Virus record (IMG/VR): IMGVR_UViG_3300048851_000204
Location: 1-34,372 of that record
Origin: a virus
Lineage: Duplodnaviria > Caudoviricetes
Reading direction: 5' to 3' (one strand)
DNA length: 34,372 bases
Part shown: one piece after another, positions 1-7,614 of the stretch
How positions within the stretch are numbered: the stretch's first letter is position 1
Layout: each line of letters starts with the position of its first letter
Position numbers and translations under genes: made by a program
The notes under the pieces: model-generated
Told to the model about the DNA's origin: nothing
The model's input: only the letters and a program-made list of their open reading frames with translations
Databases searched by the model: none

Positions 1-161
1 CTACCGTCTGGCTGGCGCTGCATCGGCGTTGGAAGGCAAGGCTTTGTCGCCTCCGCCGGCACTGGTCGGATTGCGGGTGAATAGCTCAGCGTCGAGTGCG
101 TCGATCCCAAGCACGCGGTTAGCAGGAAGGCAGGCAGCACGGCCAGCATCAGTTTGCGCAT
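1..161 (-). CDS. Outer-membrane spanin lipoprotein (Rz1-like), partial, runs off the window
   Basis: Not in the ORF track. GAGGA-CCT-ATG at 161 gives MRKLMLAVLPAFLLTAC (lipobox LTA-C), then Pro-rich LGSTHSTLSYSPAIRPVPAEATKPCLPTP, in an alternative frame within the i-spanin. Confidence 0.85.
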   Translation of the reverse strand, partial: MRKLMLAVLPAFLLTACLGSTHSTLSYSPAIRPVPAEATKPCLPTPMQRQPDG

Positions 162-450
162 AGGTCCTCACAGTGTCCGTGGATCGAAGGATGATCGGCT
201 CGCGCGCCGCGAGGCGGTCGGCGTAGGTGGTCAGCGCGACCGCCTGTTGGGTGGCGAAGCGCCTCTCGGCGTCAGCACGCAGATGCTCAGCCTTGACGAT
301 TTCCGCAGTCCACGCGGCGCGCTCGGCCTTCAAGGTCGCCGTCCGGTCGTCGAGTTTTCCACGTGTTATCCACAGGGCTATGCACAGGCCTACAATGGGC
401 ACCGCCCACCAGAACCGGCGCAGCAGCGCCCAAATAACGGGCCAGGTCAT
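1..450 (-). CDS. Inner-membrane spanin (Rz-like)
   Basis: Starts MTWPVIWALLRRFWWAVPIVGLCIALW (N-terminal TM helix) followed by an Ala-rich coiled coil. ATG at 450 overlaps the endolysin stop (ATGA). A nested lipoprotein gene lies in its 3' part. Confidence 0.8.
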   Translation of the reverse strand: MTWPVIWALLRRFWWAVPIVGLCIALWITRGKLDDRTATLKAERAAWTAEIVKAEHLRADAERRFATQQAVALTTYADRLAAREPIILRSTDTVRTYAQTDAGRAACLPANRVLGIDALDAELFTRNPTSAGGGDKALPSNADAAPARR

Positions 451-962
451 GCTTCGTTCGAAGATGAGGGGACACCCGCGATCGAGGTCATCAGCCGGGG
501 CTTCCCGATAACCGCACGTCCGATCGGCCAGCGCCGCGCGATACACCGCGACTTCTCCAGACGCATGATGCTGACACGATCGCCTTGGTTGCCGCCGAGG
601 ACGTGATAGCTGGTGAGATCCTCGCCGACGTAGAAGCCGACATGGCCGCCACCGGCGCGGTCGAACACAAGGACGGTACCGGGTGCGAGCTTTGCCGCGG
701 CAAGGTTCGCGCCCCAGGTCGCCCACGCTTTCGCACGCACCGCGATCGGCGCGGCCGGGACGCCGTCTTCGGCGAGGCAAGTGGCGACGAACAGACCGCA
801 CCACGGCACGCTGTCGGCATTGTAGACCATGCCGAGAACCTTGGTGCCGAGCTTCTTCGCCCAGCCCATGATGGTCGCGCTGTTGGCAGCGCCGGCCGCT
901 TCGCGCGTGCCGATAAGGGACCGGGCATGGCGAAGCCACGCCGGCTCAAGTGCCGTCGTCAT
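447..962 (-). CDS. TIGR02594-like NlpC/P60-CHAP peptidoglycan hydrolase, probable endolysin
   Basis: Motifs PAWL..ARS.IGTRE, D.VPWCGLFV (catalytic Cys), GGGHVGF (His) and LGGNQ. GAAGGA RBS. Lies between holin and spanins. Confidence 0.85.
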   Translation of the reverse strand: MTTALEPAWLRHARSLIGTREAAGAANSATIMGWAKKLGTKVLGMVYNADSVPWCGLFVATCLAEDGVPAAPIAVRAKAWATWGANLAAAKLAPGTVLVFDRAGGGHVGFYVGEDLTSYHVLGGNQGDRVSIMRLEKSRCIARRWPIGRAVIGKPRLMTSIAGVPSSSNEA

Positions 963-1673
963 GTAAATTTCCTTCAGTGGTGAAGCTATCGGACCCTTGG
1001 GCCGTTCAGGCCGGTGCCGGGGTGTTCCTACCGTGCCCTTCGGCCGGCCCGCCCTTTCCTGATCTGTTGGGGCGGGCCGTTATAAAAAGTCACGCCGTGC
1101 ATCCGAATACGGCGGGTCTACGTACCTGCGCGTCCGCAGTGCGGTTCGCTCCCTTGCTGATCCACTGCGAGGCTCGTCACACGGGCTTGAGGCGGTCAGC
1201 CTACCCGTTTTTATCAGCATTTTTTTCGGGTAGGCTGACCGTTGCCGTACCGTGATACGGAATCATGATAATTCCTTCCGAAGTGAAGCCTTTTGCCTTT
1301 TGGGCCGTTCTCGACCCGCCGATCTCCGGATCGCACCCGGACCGGCCGGTCCGCCCTTTCCCTCATCTGTTAGGGCGGGCCGTCACCGATCAGCTTTGCG
1401 CGCTGTCTCTCATCGGGCACACCTGTTCGTTCGAAATGCCTTGTCAGCATGTTTTCGCTGTTTAACTTCGAAGGCGCGATACCGGGGCAGATTGCCTCGT
1501 ATCGCCTACTGCCGGACGGGTGACCGGTCGGCCCGCCTTTTTTATTCCAATTTTTAAGGCGGGCCGTTATGTCTTGCGAAGAGCGCGACAACCGGTCACT
1601 TTGAATGCGCTGGGTCTCCCTGAAAGTTTCCCGCCGGCCCGTCTCTCCCTGAACAAGAAGGGCGGGCCGTTAC
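963..1673. repeat. Non-coding array of five related GC-rich hairpins with variable structured spacers
   Basis: Inverted repeats at 1045-1079, 1193-1241, 1347-1382, 1529-1566 and 1635-1669. Four share the right arm GGCGGGCCG followed by TTA or TCA. Confidence 0.85.
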
Positions 1674-1976
1674 TCAGTCGACCTTGGTTGCCGTCAGCTG
1701 CCCAGCGATGTTGCGGGCGAGGACGAGGACGAAGCGCATCGTGCCAAACCCGATCCAGCCAGCGCTGGTGCCAGCGACGAGCGTCGACCATGCCGGCCAG
1801 CCGAAGTGGACAGTGGCAGCGCCGGCCATCGAGCCGAACGCGGGGAGCAGCGAGCACATCACGAAGATGTCCCGCCAGGTGACCGGCTTCCCGGCCTCGA
1901 TCTTCTGACCGACGCGCAGGATCTGTCCGGCGAAAACCGCAAACGCGGATAGGGCATATGCCTGCCAGTCTTTCAC
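1674..1976 (-). CDS. Probable holin
   Basis: 100 aa with 2-3 hydrophobic segments and a basic C-terminal region. GTG start overlaps the upstream stop. Upstream of the endolysin. Confidence 0.65.
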   Translation of the reverse strand: MKDWQAYALSAFAVFAGQILRVGQKIEAGKPVTWRDIFVMCSLLPAFGSMAGAATVHFGWPAWSTLVAGTSAGWIGFGTMRFVLVLARNIAGQLTATKVD

Positions 1977-2461
1977 AGCGTTACCACCCCGATGCCGATG
2001 CCCGTGGCGATCAGGACGCCAGAGACGAGAAAACTAGCCGTGCGACGTTGCGCAGTGGCGGCTTGAACGAAGGCCATGCCTGTGACCGACATGATCGAGG
2101 CGAGCGCGTCCGTCGTGATGTCGTAGCTTTTCCAAGCCTCAGGGTGCCTCGACACCAGCTGCACCGCGTCGCCAGAGGATCCGAAGAAATAGCCAAGCCC
2201 GATCAGGACAGAACCGGCGAACAGCAGCGAACCCGACCAAGGTGTCGTGATCGCCAAGTTCAGGTTGAGGTGCAGGAGGTCGACCGCGCGGACGAAGCGT
2301 ATTCGACACGTCCGTTTGTCCCGCTCGCGACAGCGCAAGAGTCGCCAGCCGGCGACGGTCACGGGCACGAGCCAATTTCCTGCCGCCGCGGCGAACCGCA
2401 GGCCGAAGAGCATCATAGTCCAGATGGCTACGACGCTGACGATGTGACCGAGAGGGGTCAT
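1973..2461 (-). CDS. Multi-pass membrane protein (possible antiholin or lysis accessory)
   Basis: Several hydrophobic segments, GGAAAGGA RBS, coupled to the holin gene. Confidence 0.6.
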   Translation of the reverse strand: MTPLGHIVSVVAIWTMMLFGLRFAAAAGNWLVPVTVAGWRLLRCRERDKRTCRIRFVRAVDLLHLNLNLAITTPWSGSLLFAGSVLIGLGYFFGSSGDAVQLVSRHPEAWKSYDITTDALASIMSVTGMAFVQAATAQRRTASFLVSGVLIATGIGIGVVTL

Positions 2462-2462
2462 G

Positions 2463-2823
2463 CGTCATCCTTTCCCGCGACCGCATAGGTCGCGATGCTG
2501 GTGGTGTTCAAAATTGGGATTCCCACTGTCGTTGACGGATTAGGCAGAGCAAAAATGTCTGCTACTGACCCGGCCCCAGTTCACCGCGCCGGAGAAAACT
2601 ATGCACGCATTGATCATCGTGCTCGCCTTGAGCGCCGCAGGTTCGATAGCATGGCGCCTATTCAAGGAGCGGAGGCGCGTCGCCCGTGGGCGAGCGATCC
2701 GCCAGCGGCAGGATGATGAGGCGAAGCAGAACTGGAGAGCGACTCAAGAGCGCGCCCTTCGCGACTCTCGGGGCTAAACGGCCTCCGTCATTCTTTCCCG
2801 CGACCGCATCGGTCGCGATGCTG
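2463..2823. repeat. 38-bp direct repeat pair (2463-2500 and 2786-2823), each with an internal hairpin
   Basis: cgtcatcctttcccgcgaccgcataggtcgcgatgctg versus cgtcattctttcccgcgaccgcatcggtcgcgatgctg (2 mismatches). Hairpin CGCGACC-N5-GGTCGCG. Confidence 0.9.
2555..2716 (+). CDS. Small hypothetical protein (53 aa), possible moron
   Basis: ORF lies between the 38-bp repeats and is antisense to the late operon. RBS is weak. Confidence 0.35.
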   Translation: MSATDPAPVHRAGENYARIDHRARLERRRFDSMAPIQGAEARRPWASDPPAAG

Positions 2824-2916
2824 CGGTTGCGAAACATCTATTTCCTTCAGGTAACCGGTCGCTTGTTGGCTCGTTTGCAAGCTAGGTCGGCGACATCCCC
2901 GACGAGGAGAACGCAG

Positions 2917-3081
2917 ATGATCAGTCACCTTGCCGGCAGAATTGCCTGCGTGTTCGGGTTCCACCGACGATCGCGGAGTCATGTACGCGAGATTGCGAAT
3001 GTCATGATAAGCCGCTGCAAATTTTGCGGAGTGCCGATGGAGAGAACCGCTCGCAGTAAGTGGATAGTCACCCGCCGTTGA
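2917..3081 (+). CDS. Small Cys/His protein (54 aa), putative zinc ribbon, moron
   Basis: Strong GAGGAG RBS. C-x4-H...CxxC pattern (IACVFGFHRRS...SRCKFCGVPMER...W), reminiscent of DUF1660-type prophage proteins. Confidence 0.65.
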   Translation: MISHLAGRIACVFGFHRRSRSHVREIANVMISRCKFCGVPMERTARSKWIVTRR

Positions 3082-3128
3082 TCATGACCGGGCGTAGTCG
3101 ACTTAAAGCGCGGCGGTTGCGGCGAGTG

Positions 3129-5507
3129 TTATCCGATCACCTCACCGCCCCAGACGCCCGCTGCAGGTGCGTAGATGTTCACGCCGTCGACGCTGACCGC
3201 AGACACCGGATAGTGCGTCGTAGTCAGGCTGATCTGGGTGCCGGTAACGACGCCATAGGCCAGCGGGATGTAGCCAACGCCGCGAAGGCTCGCGACCTGG
3301 CCCGGCGCGACGCCGTTGATCACCGCCGCGTTACTCTCGCGCACCGTGAAAATGGGTATGCCTACGTCCGCGCCCCCGTTGAGGCGGAAGCCCATCCCGA
3401 GCCCGGCGCCGAAGGTCGTGTCGGCAAAGTCGATCTGCTTCTCGCCGTCGACACGAACGACGTGTCGTTGGCCTTGGATCTCGATCGTGACCCGGTGGTA
3501 CAGGCCAGCCACCGAACGCACCGCAGCGTTCGCGCCCGAGACGTTTAGCTGCGTGGTGACGCCGTTGACGATCTTGGATAGCGAGGCCGTAAAGGCGAGG
3601 TCCGACACGCGCCCAACGTCGAACGTGAGCATGTAGCAATTCAGAATGTCACCAGGGGCCTGCATGCGGTAGAAGAAATTGATCGTGCCCGTGAGGGTAT
3701 TAGGCCGCACCACGAAGTCTGCCACGAACGACGAATGTGCCAGCGGATGAAGGATCGTGCCGTTCCCGCTGGTGGTCTTGCCCGCGAGTTCCTTGGTGGT
3801 GGGTTCCAGGATTGCGTACTTCAGGCGGCGCCCGACGTGATTGGAGCCAGACGGGCGCGGATCGGTATCGAACACGATTGGCACGTTGCCAAGGCCGTCC
3901 ATATCGACGACGCTGCCAAGCACCTTGGTCTTAGGGCTGGCCATGCCGATCGCGGTTGTGCCGTCCATCGGGCTGATGCGCTGCGTGACGACTGACGTGG
4001 CAGCAGACCAGTCCGTGAGGCTGTTGCTGAAGTAGGCCGCGTTGCTGTCCGTTGTTCCGATCGCCGGGTTGATGACGTTGGTCATCATCACCCACTTGTT
4101 CAGCACGGTGTGGAAGAAGACCTTGGGGTTCTCGTCCTGCCGGCGCACACCATCAGGCAACACAGGCGAGCCGGTGCGCGTCCATGGCCCGGTCGGGCTG
4201 GGGCCGGTAGCGCGGCCGATGTACCAGTTCGTCGCCGCCTTATCCGTCGCCGAATAGAACAGATGCCACAGACCGTTCGCATCCTTGATGGGCGGTCCAC
4301 CGATATAGGCGTCCAGCGCATCGAAGCTGCCAGCCGGCCCTGAGACAAGCTGCGACGCGACGAAGGTATAGGGGCCTTCGAACGTGTCAGCCGACCACAC
4401 GTCGCTGGTATAGGGTTGGCCCGCCACCTGGTTGTTCGAGATGGTCAGAGCCGTCAGCGTGTAGCAGTAGTATTTGCCATTGGTGTGCTTGAGGACGCCG
4501 AGGTTGCCGCGCGATGCCCAGTTGCCGCTGTCATAGCCGTGCTTCAGGCCAATGCCGCCGAACGCGCCCATCTTGGTCCACGTAAGACCGCGATCAGTGC
4601 TCTTCTCGTACTGGATGATCCACGGCCCGCCGGGATCGGTTGTAGAGCCGTTGCCGGAGTCCGACAGCATGTAATAGGTGCCGTCCGTGTCCTCGTACCA
4701 GTTGCCCTCGCGCACACCGCCGTAATCGGAGGCGCCGGGTGCGCCCGGTGCCCAGGGAATGACAGAGGACGGATTGAAGCTGACGAGCGCAGGCTTGGTG
4801 ACCGACGTCCATGCCGCAGTGTCGCCAGTCCAGCCGGTGAGCGTGCCGTCAGACTTGTAAAGCAGGCCTTTGCCAGTTCCACCGAGTGCGATGGCGGAAA
4901 GGCTGTCGCGAGCTGCCTGGGCTTGGGCGGCGGCGGTCTGAGCGGTCGCGGCCGATGCCGCTGCCGATTGAGCAAACGGTATGAGGATGTCGGCATCATC
5001 CAGCGTGACGTTGATGATCTGATCGCCGAAGGTCAGCGATCCCGTATCGTCCACGCTGGCTTGCTGCGACCCACCATAGCCGACGGGCCTATTCGCTGGA
5101 GCGCTGTCCGACCCGAACGCCGACGCCACCGCGATAAAGTCGCCGTAGAGGCGGGTCTGAGCGTCGCCGTTCAACGTCCACTGCATCGCATAGGCAAAGT
5201 TTGAGTTGTCACCCGCTTCGCCCGCGTACGGAACCTTGGTGGCATCGCTCATGGTCGAGGCGTTGATCCGCCCCTTGATGATGCTGGTCGGCACGCCGTT
5301 GGTCATGGTGACGCTGTCGAGTTTCAGCCCTTCGGCCGATACAGTTGCGACAGTGGCGAGCGCGAACAAGAGCATCGGATTATCCTTCGATAGGCGCACC
5401 TGCATCGCCATGTTCACGCCGGTCAGGTCAATGCCCTTCACCACGATCGTAAAGCGCGCGACTTCGTTGCGCCGGGCCGCAAGGTCCAAGCGTGCTGCAT
5501 TTGCCAT
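3129..5507 (-). CDS. Tail fibre / receptor-binding protein with glycoside-hydrolase-like beta-propeller and ConA-like C-terminal domain
   Basis: N-terminal adaptor and an SAAASAATAQ linker. Propeller-type motifs (KSTDRGLTW, WHLFYSA, IGRATGPSPTGPWTR, DENPKVF) resemble the GH32/43/117 clan. Last tail gene. Confidence 0.7.
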   Translation of the reverse strand: MANAARLDLAARRNEVARFTIVVKGIDLTGVNMAMQVRLSKDNPMLLFALATVATVSAEGLKLDSVTMTNGVPTSIIKGRINASTMSDATKVPYAGEAGDNSNFAYAMQWTLNGDAQTRLYGDFIAVASAFGSDSAPANRPVGYGGSQQASVDDTGSLTFGDQIINVTLDDADILIPFAQSAAASAATAQTAAAQAQAARDSLSAIALGGTGKGLLYKSDGTLTGWTGDTAAWTSVTKPALVSFNPSSVIPWAPGAPGASDYGGVREGNWYEDTDGTYYMLSDSGNGSTTDPGGPWIIQYEKSTDRGLTWTKMGAFGGIGLKHGYDSGNWASRGNLGVLKHTNGKYYCYTLTALTISNNQVAGQPYTSDVWSADTFEGPYTFVASQLVSGPAGSFDALDAYIGGPPIKDANGLWHLFYSATDKAATNWYIGRATGPSPTGPWTRTGSPVLPDGVRRQDENPKVFFHTVLNKWVMMTNVINPAIGTTDSNAAYFSNSLTDWSAATSVVTQRISPMDGTTAIGMASPKTKVLGSVVDMDGLGNVPIVFDTDPRPSGSNHVGRRLKYAILEPTTKELAGKTTSGNGTILHPLAHSSFVADFVVRPNTLTGTINFFYRMQAPGDILNCYMLTFDVGRVSDLAFTASLSKIVNGVTTQLNVSGANAAVRSVAGLYHRVTIEIQGQRHVVRVDGEKQIDFADTTFGAGLGMGFRLNGGADVGIPIFTVRESNAAVINGVAPGQVASLRGVGYIPLAYGVVTGTQISLTTTHYPVSAVSVDGVNIYAPAAGVWGGEVIG

Positions 5508-5521
5508 GGGTGTCTCCGGTA

Positions 5522-7198
5522 TTAGGGTTCGAGCGCGTCGAGGCGCTGTTCGAGGGCCTTGATCTGGGCCGGGGTGTAGCTGGTGGTGCCGTCGCTGATC
5601 GCGCTGGATGACGTCGCTGTGTCGGCGGTAGTGGCGTAGGTCGCAGTGCCATCGCTGACGTAATCGCTCGGCACCGCGGGACGTTCGAAAACAGTCACAG
5701 GCGGCAGGTCACCGGTAAGCGCAAAGACCCGGACATGCTTGTCCGGATCCTCGGTGCGAACCGTCAGGGTGACGGCGCCCGTGGCCGGATCAAGCGAACG
5801 CTTGATGATGATCAGCTGCACGTCGACCAGGCCCATCTCGGAAATTGCGCAGCTGATGCAGTCGCCCGTCCGATATCCAATCCATCGGAGCTTCAGAGGC
5901 AGGGAGATCGGCATACGCTCGCGGGAGAGTTCGACGTCGTATCCGGCCAGCTGCGTGGCTTGCGAAACGTCTTCGCCTGTCTCGACCTGGACGAGCGGGT
6001 ACTCGATCTCCTGCGTGCGGGTGCCGCCATCCTCGGTGACGAAAGCATCGATCCGCGCGACCGTGCCGGAGACCTGCTCCCAGAAATGCTCCTCCGAACG
6101 ATACTTCGGAATGATCCCGTTGATCCGCTCCTTGCGCGGGCGCGACCGCGGCACGGACGCCTTGCCGATCAGGTCGCCGGCTCCGATAGTCGCGATCGAT
6201 ACGCGCGGGGCCTGAATGATGCAGGACAGGATCGCGCCGTCGCGGATGGGCTCGCCACCCCCCGCCTGAAGGATCGCCTTCATCACCTCCCACTTATCAT
6301 CACCCGTCGTGACCTGGCCGCCGAGCGTCCAGCCGTTCAGATCGGCGATGTTCGCTGCCTCGACGAAACTGGCGATGTCGATCTGATCGGGCCGCAGACC
6401 AACACCACCACGCCGCTTGCCGTTCTGATGCCAGCCCAAAGCCCAGGTCGTGCCGACGACATAGGGGTTGTTCGACCACTGCCATGTCGTCTCGTCGTTG
6501 ACGCGCTGCGGACCGGAGCCGCCCGGATAGGTGCTATCCTCGCGAGCGTCGTACGCCAGAACCCAATGCCCGACGCGAAGCATCTGCGGCTCGGTCGTGA
6601 AGGTGTTCTTGCCTTTTGCATCGTAGAGCATCGTCACCTGGTCGGCAGCGAGGCCCGACATCTTATGCACCGAAGTCCACCCTGGCTTATTGCCGATACC
6701 GGTGTTGAGGGCCCCGGCTTCCGGGCAAGCGCCGAGCTGCCTCGCCATCCATAGCCGCCCAGAGTAAGGCGAGCCGGATGCCGCGGTGCCGACGAAGGAA
6801 ACCGGCTTGCGGTCGCAATAGAGCGCATCGATGCTCGCGACCGGCCCGAGCGACAGAACGGTGTTGATCGTCTCGTACTTGTTCTTGTCAGCGTCGCCAC
6901 TGCCCTTGCGGTAGGAGATGTTGCCGGCGACGCCGGTGCGCCCAAACAGGACCGGGATCGAGGCGTTCGGATCAGCTGACCAGTCGGTCTGTGTTCCGCC
7001 ACCGCTAGGCTTCTTCGCGAGCAGCCCGGCGCCAATGCTTACCGTCGCGGAGAACCCTGCCGCGATAGCGGTAGCGGTCGCAGCCGTGACGGTAGCTCCT
7101 GCCTGGGCCAAGCCGACGGCCAGCAGGGAGGTGCCCCCGGACGGGATCGCCGCAGCAATCGAGATCGCGACAGCCGCGATCATAGCAATTTTTGCCAT
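5522..7198 (-). CDS. Tail tip / central fibre protein (gpJ-like)
   Basis: Motifs IPVLFGRTGVAG, YDAR.DST...G.G.QR..DE.TW.WS.NP and ID.ASF..AAN..D. ATG at 7198 is coupled (TGATG) to the upstream gene. Confidence 0.8.
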   Translation of the reverse strand: MAKIAMIAAVAISIAAAIPSGGTSLLAVGLAQAGATVTAATATAIAAGFSATVSIGAGLLAKKPSGGGTQTDWSADPNASIPVLFGRTGVAGNISYRKGSGDADKNKYETINTVLSLGPVASIDALYCDRKPVSFVGTAASGSPYSGRLWMARQLGACPEAGALNTGIGNKPGWTSVHKMSGLAADQVTMLYDAKGKNTFTTEPQMLRVGHWVLAYDAREDSTYPGGSGPQRVNDETTWQWSNNPYVVGTTWALGWHQNGKRRGGVGLRPDQIDIASFVEAANIADLNGWTLGGQVTTGDDKWEVMKAILQAGGGEPIRDGAILSCIIQAPRVSIATIGAGDLIGKASVPRSRPRKERINGIIPKYRSEEHFWEQVSGTVARIDAFVTEDGGTRTQEIEYPLVQVETGEDVSQATQLAGYDVELSRERMPISLPLKLRWIGYRTGDCISCAISEMGLVDVQLIIIKRSLDPATGAVTLTVRTEDPDKHVRVFALTGDLPPVTVFERPAVPSDYVSDGTATYATTADTATSSSAISDGTTSYTPAQIKALEQRLDALEP

Positions 7199-7614
7199 CA
7201 GGTGCGCCAAGCCGATAGAGGCACGACGAGAGGCTGCGCGATTGTCAGCAAGTCAGTCTCTCCCAGGTAGCCCATGATGCGACCGTTCCCCATCACCACC
7301 GCAAGCGCGCCGAACGTGTCGTCCTCGCTGGGCATCTCGACGATGTCGCCGATGATCGCTCGCGCAGGCGCAACCGGCGTCAGAAGGCTGCTCATCATGT
7401 CTGCGAGGTTCGCCCACCCCTTTGACTGCAAGGCTCGCTTGGCAGTGAGAGCGCTCCGAAACGCCTTCATCGGAGGCGGCTTGTGTCCCATGCCGACCAG
7501 CTGCTTGCGGACGAGATGCACGCAGGTCGCGCCCGTGCGCCAGTCGAATGGCTTGGAGGCGAAATGATCCAGCGTGGCCTGCGTCACCTCGCGGCGTTTG
7601 AGGATGGCGCTCAT
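7198..7614 (-). CDS. Tail-associated NlpC/P60-like protein (DUF6950-like, gpK position)
   Basis: PFDW..G..C motif and GDIV. ATG at 7614 overlaps the upstream stop (ATGA). Confidence 0.7.
   Translation of the reverse strand: MSAILKRREVTQATLDHFASKPFDWRTGATCVHLVRKQLVGMGHKPPPMKAFRSALTAKRALQSKGWANLADMMSSLLTPVAPARAIIGDIVEMPSEDDTFGALAVVMGNGRIMGYLGETDLLTIAQPLVVPLSAWRT

Noticed and set aside
451-939. N-terminal extension of the 312-aa ORF (1..939)
   Set aside because: It overlaps the endolysin out of frame. The credible start is the coupled ATG at 450.
963-1673. CRISPR array
   Set aside because: Repeats are degenerate with variable loops, spacers are ~70-150 nt and unequal, and no cas genes lie in the window.
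963-1673. Integron attC cassette array
   Set aside because: TAAC precedes several hairpins, but there is no matching GTTRRRY at the other end, no cassette ORFs and no integrase.
950-1882. ORF-track ORFs of 66-120 aa across the array
   Set aside because: They lack convincing RBSs, and their Pro/Arg/Gly-rich sequences merely translate the GC hairpins.
3129-5507. Diversity-generating retroelement or invertible tail-fibre switch
   Set aside because: No reverse transcriptase, invertase or template/variable repeat pair was seen.
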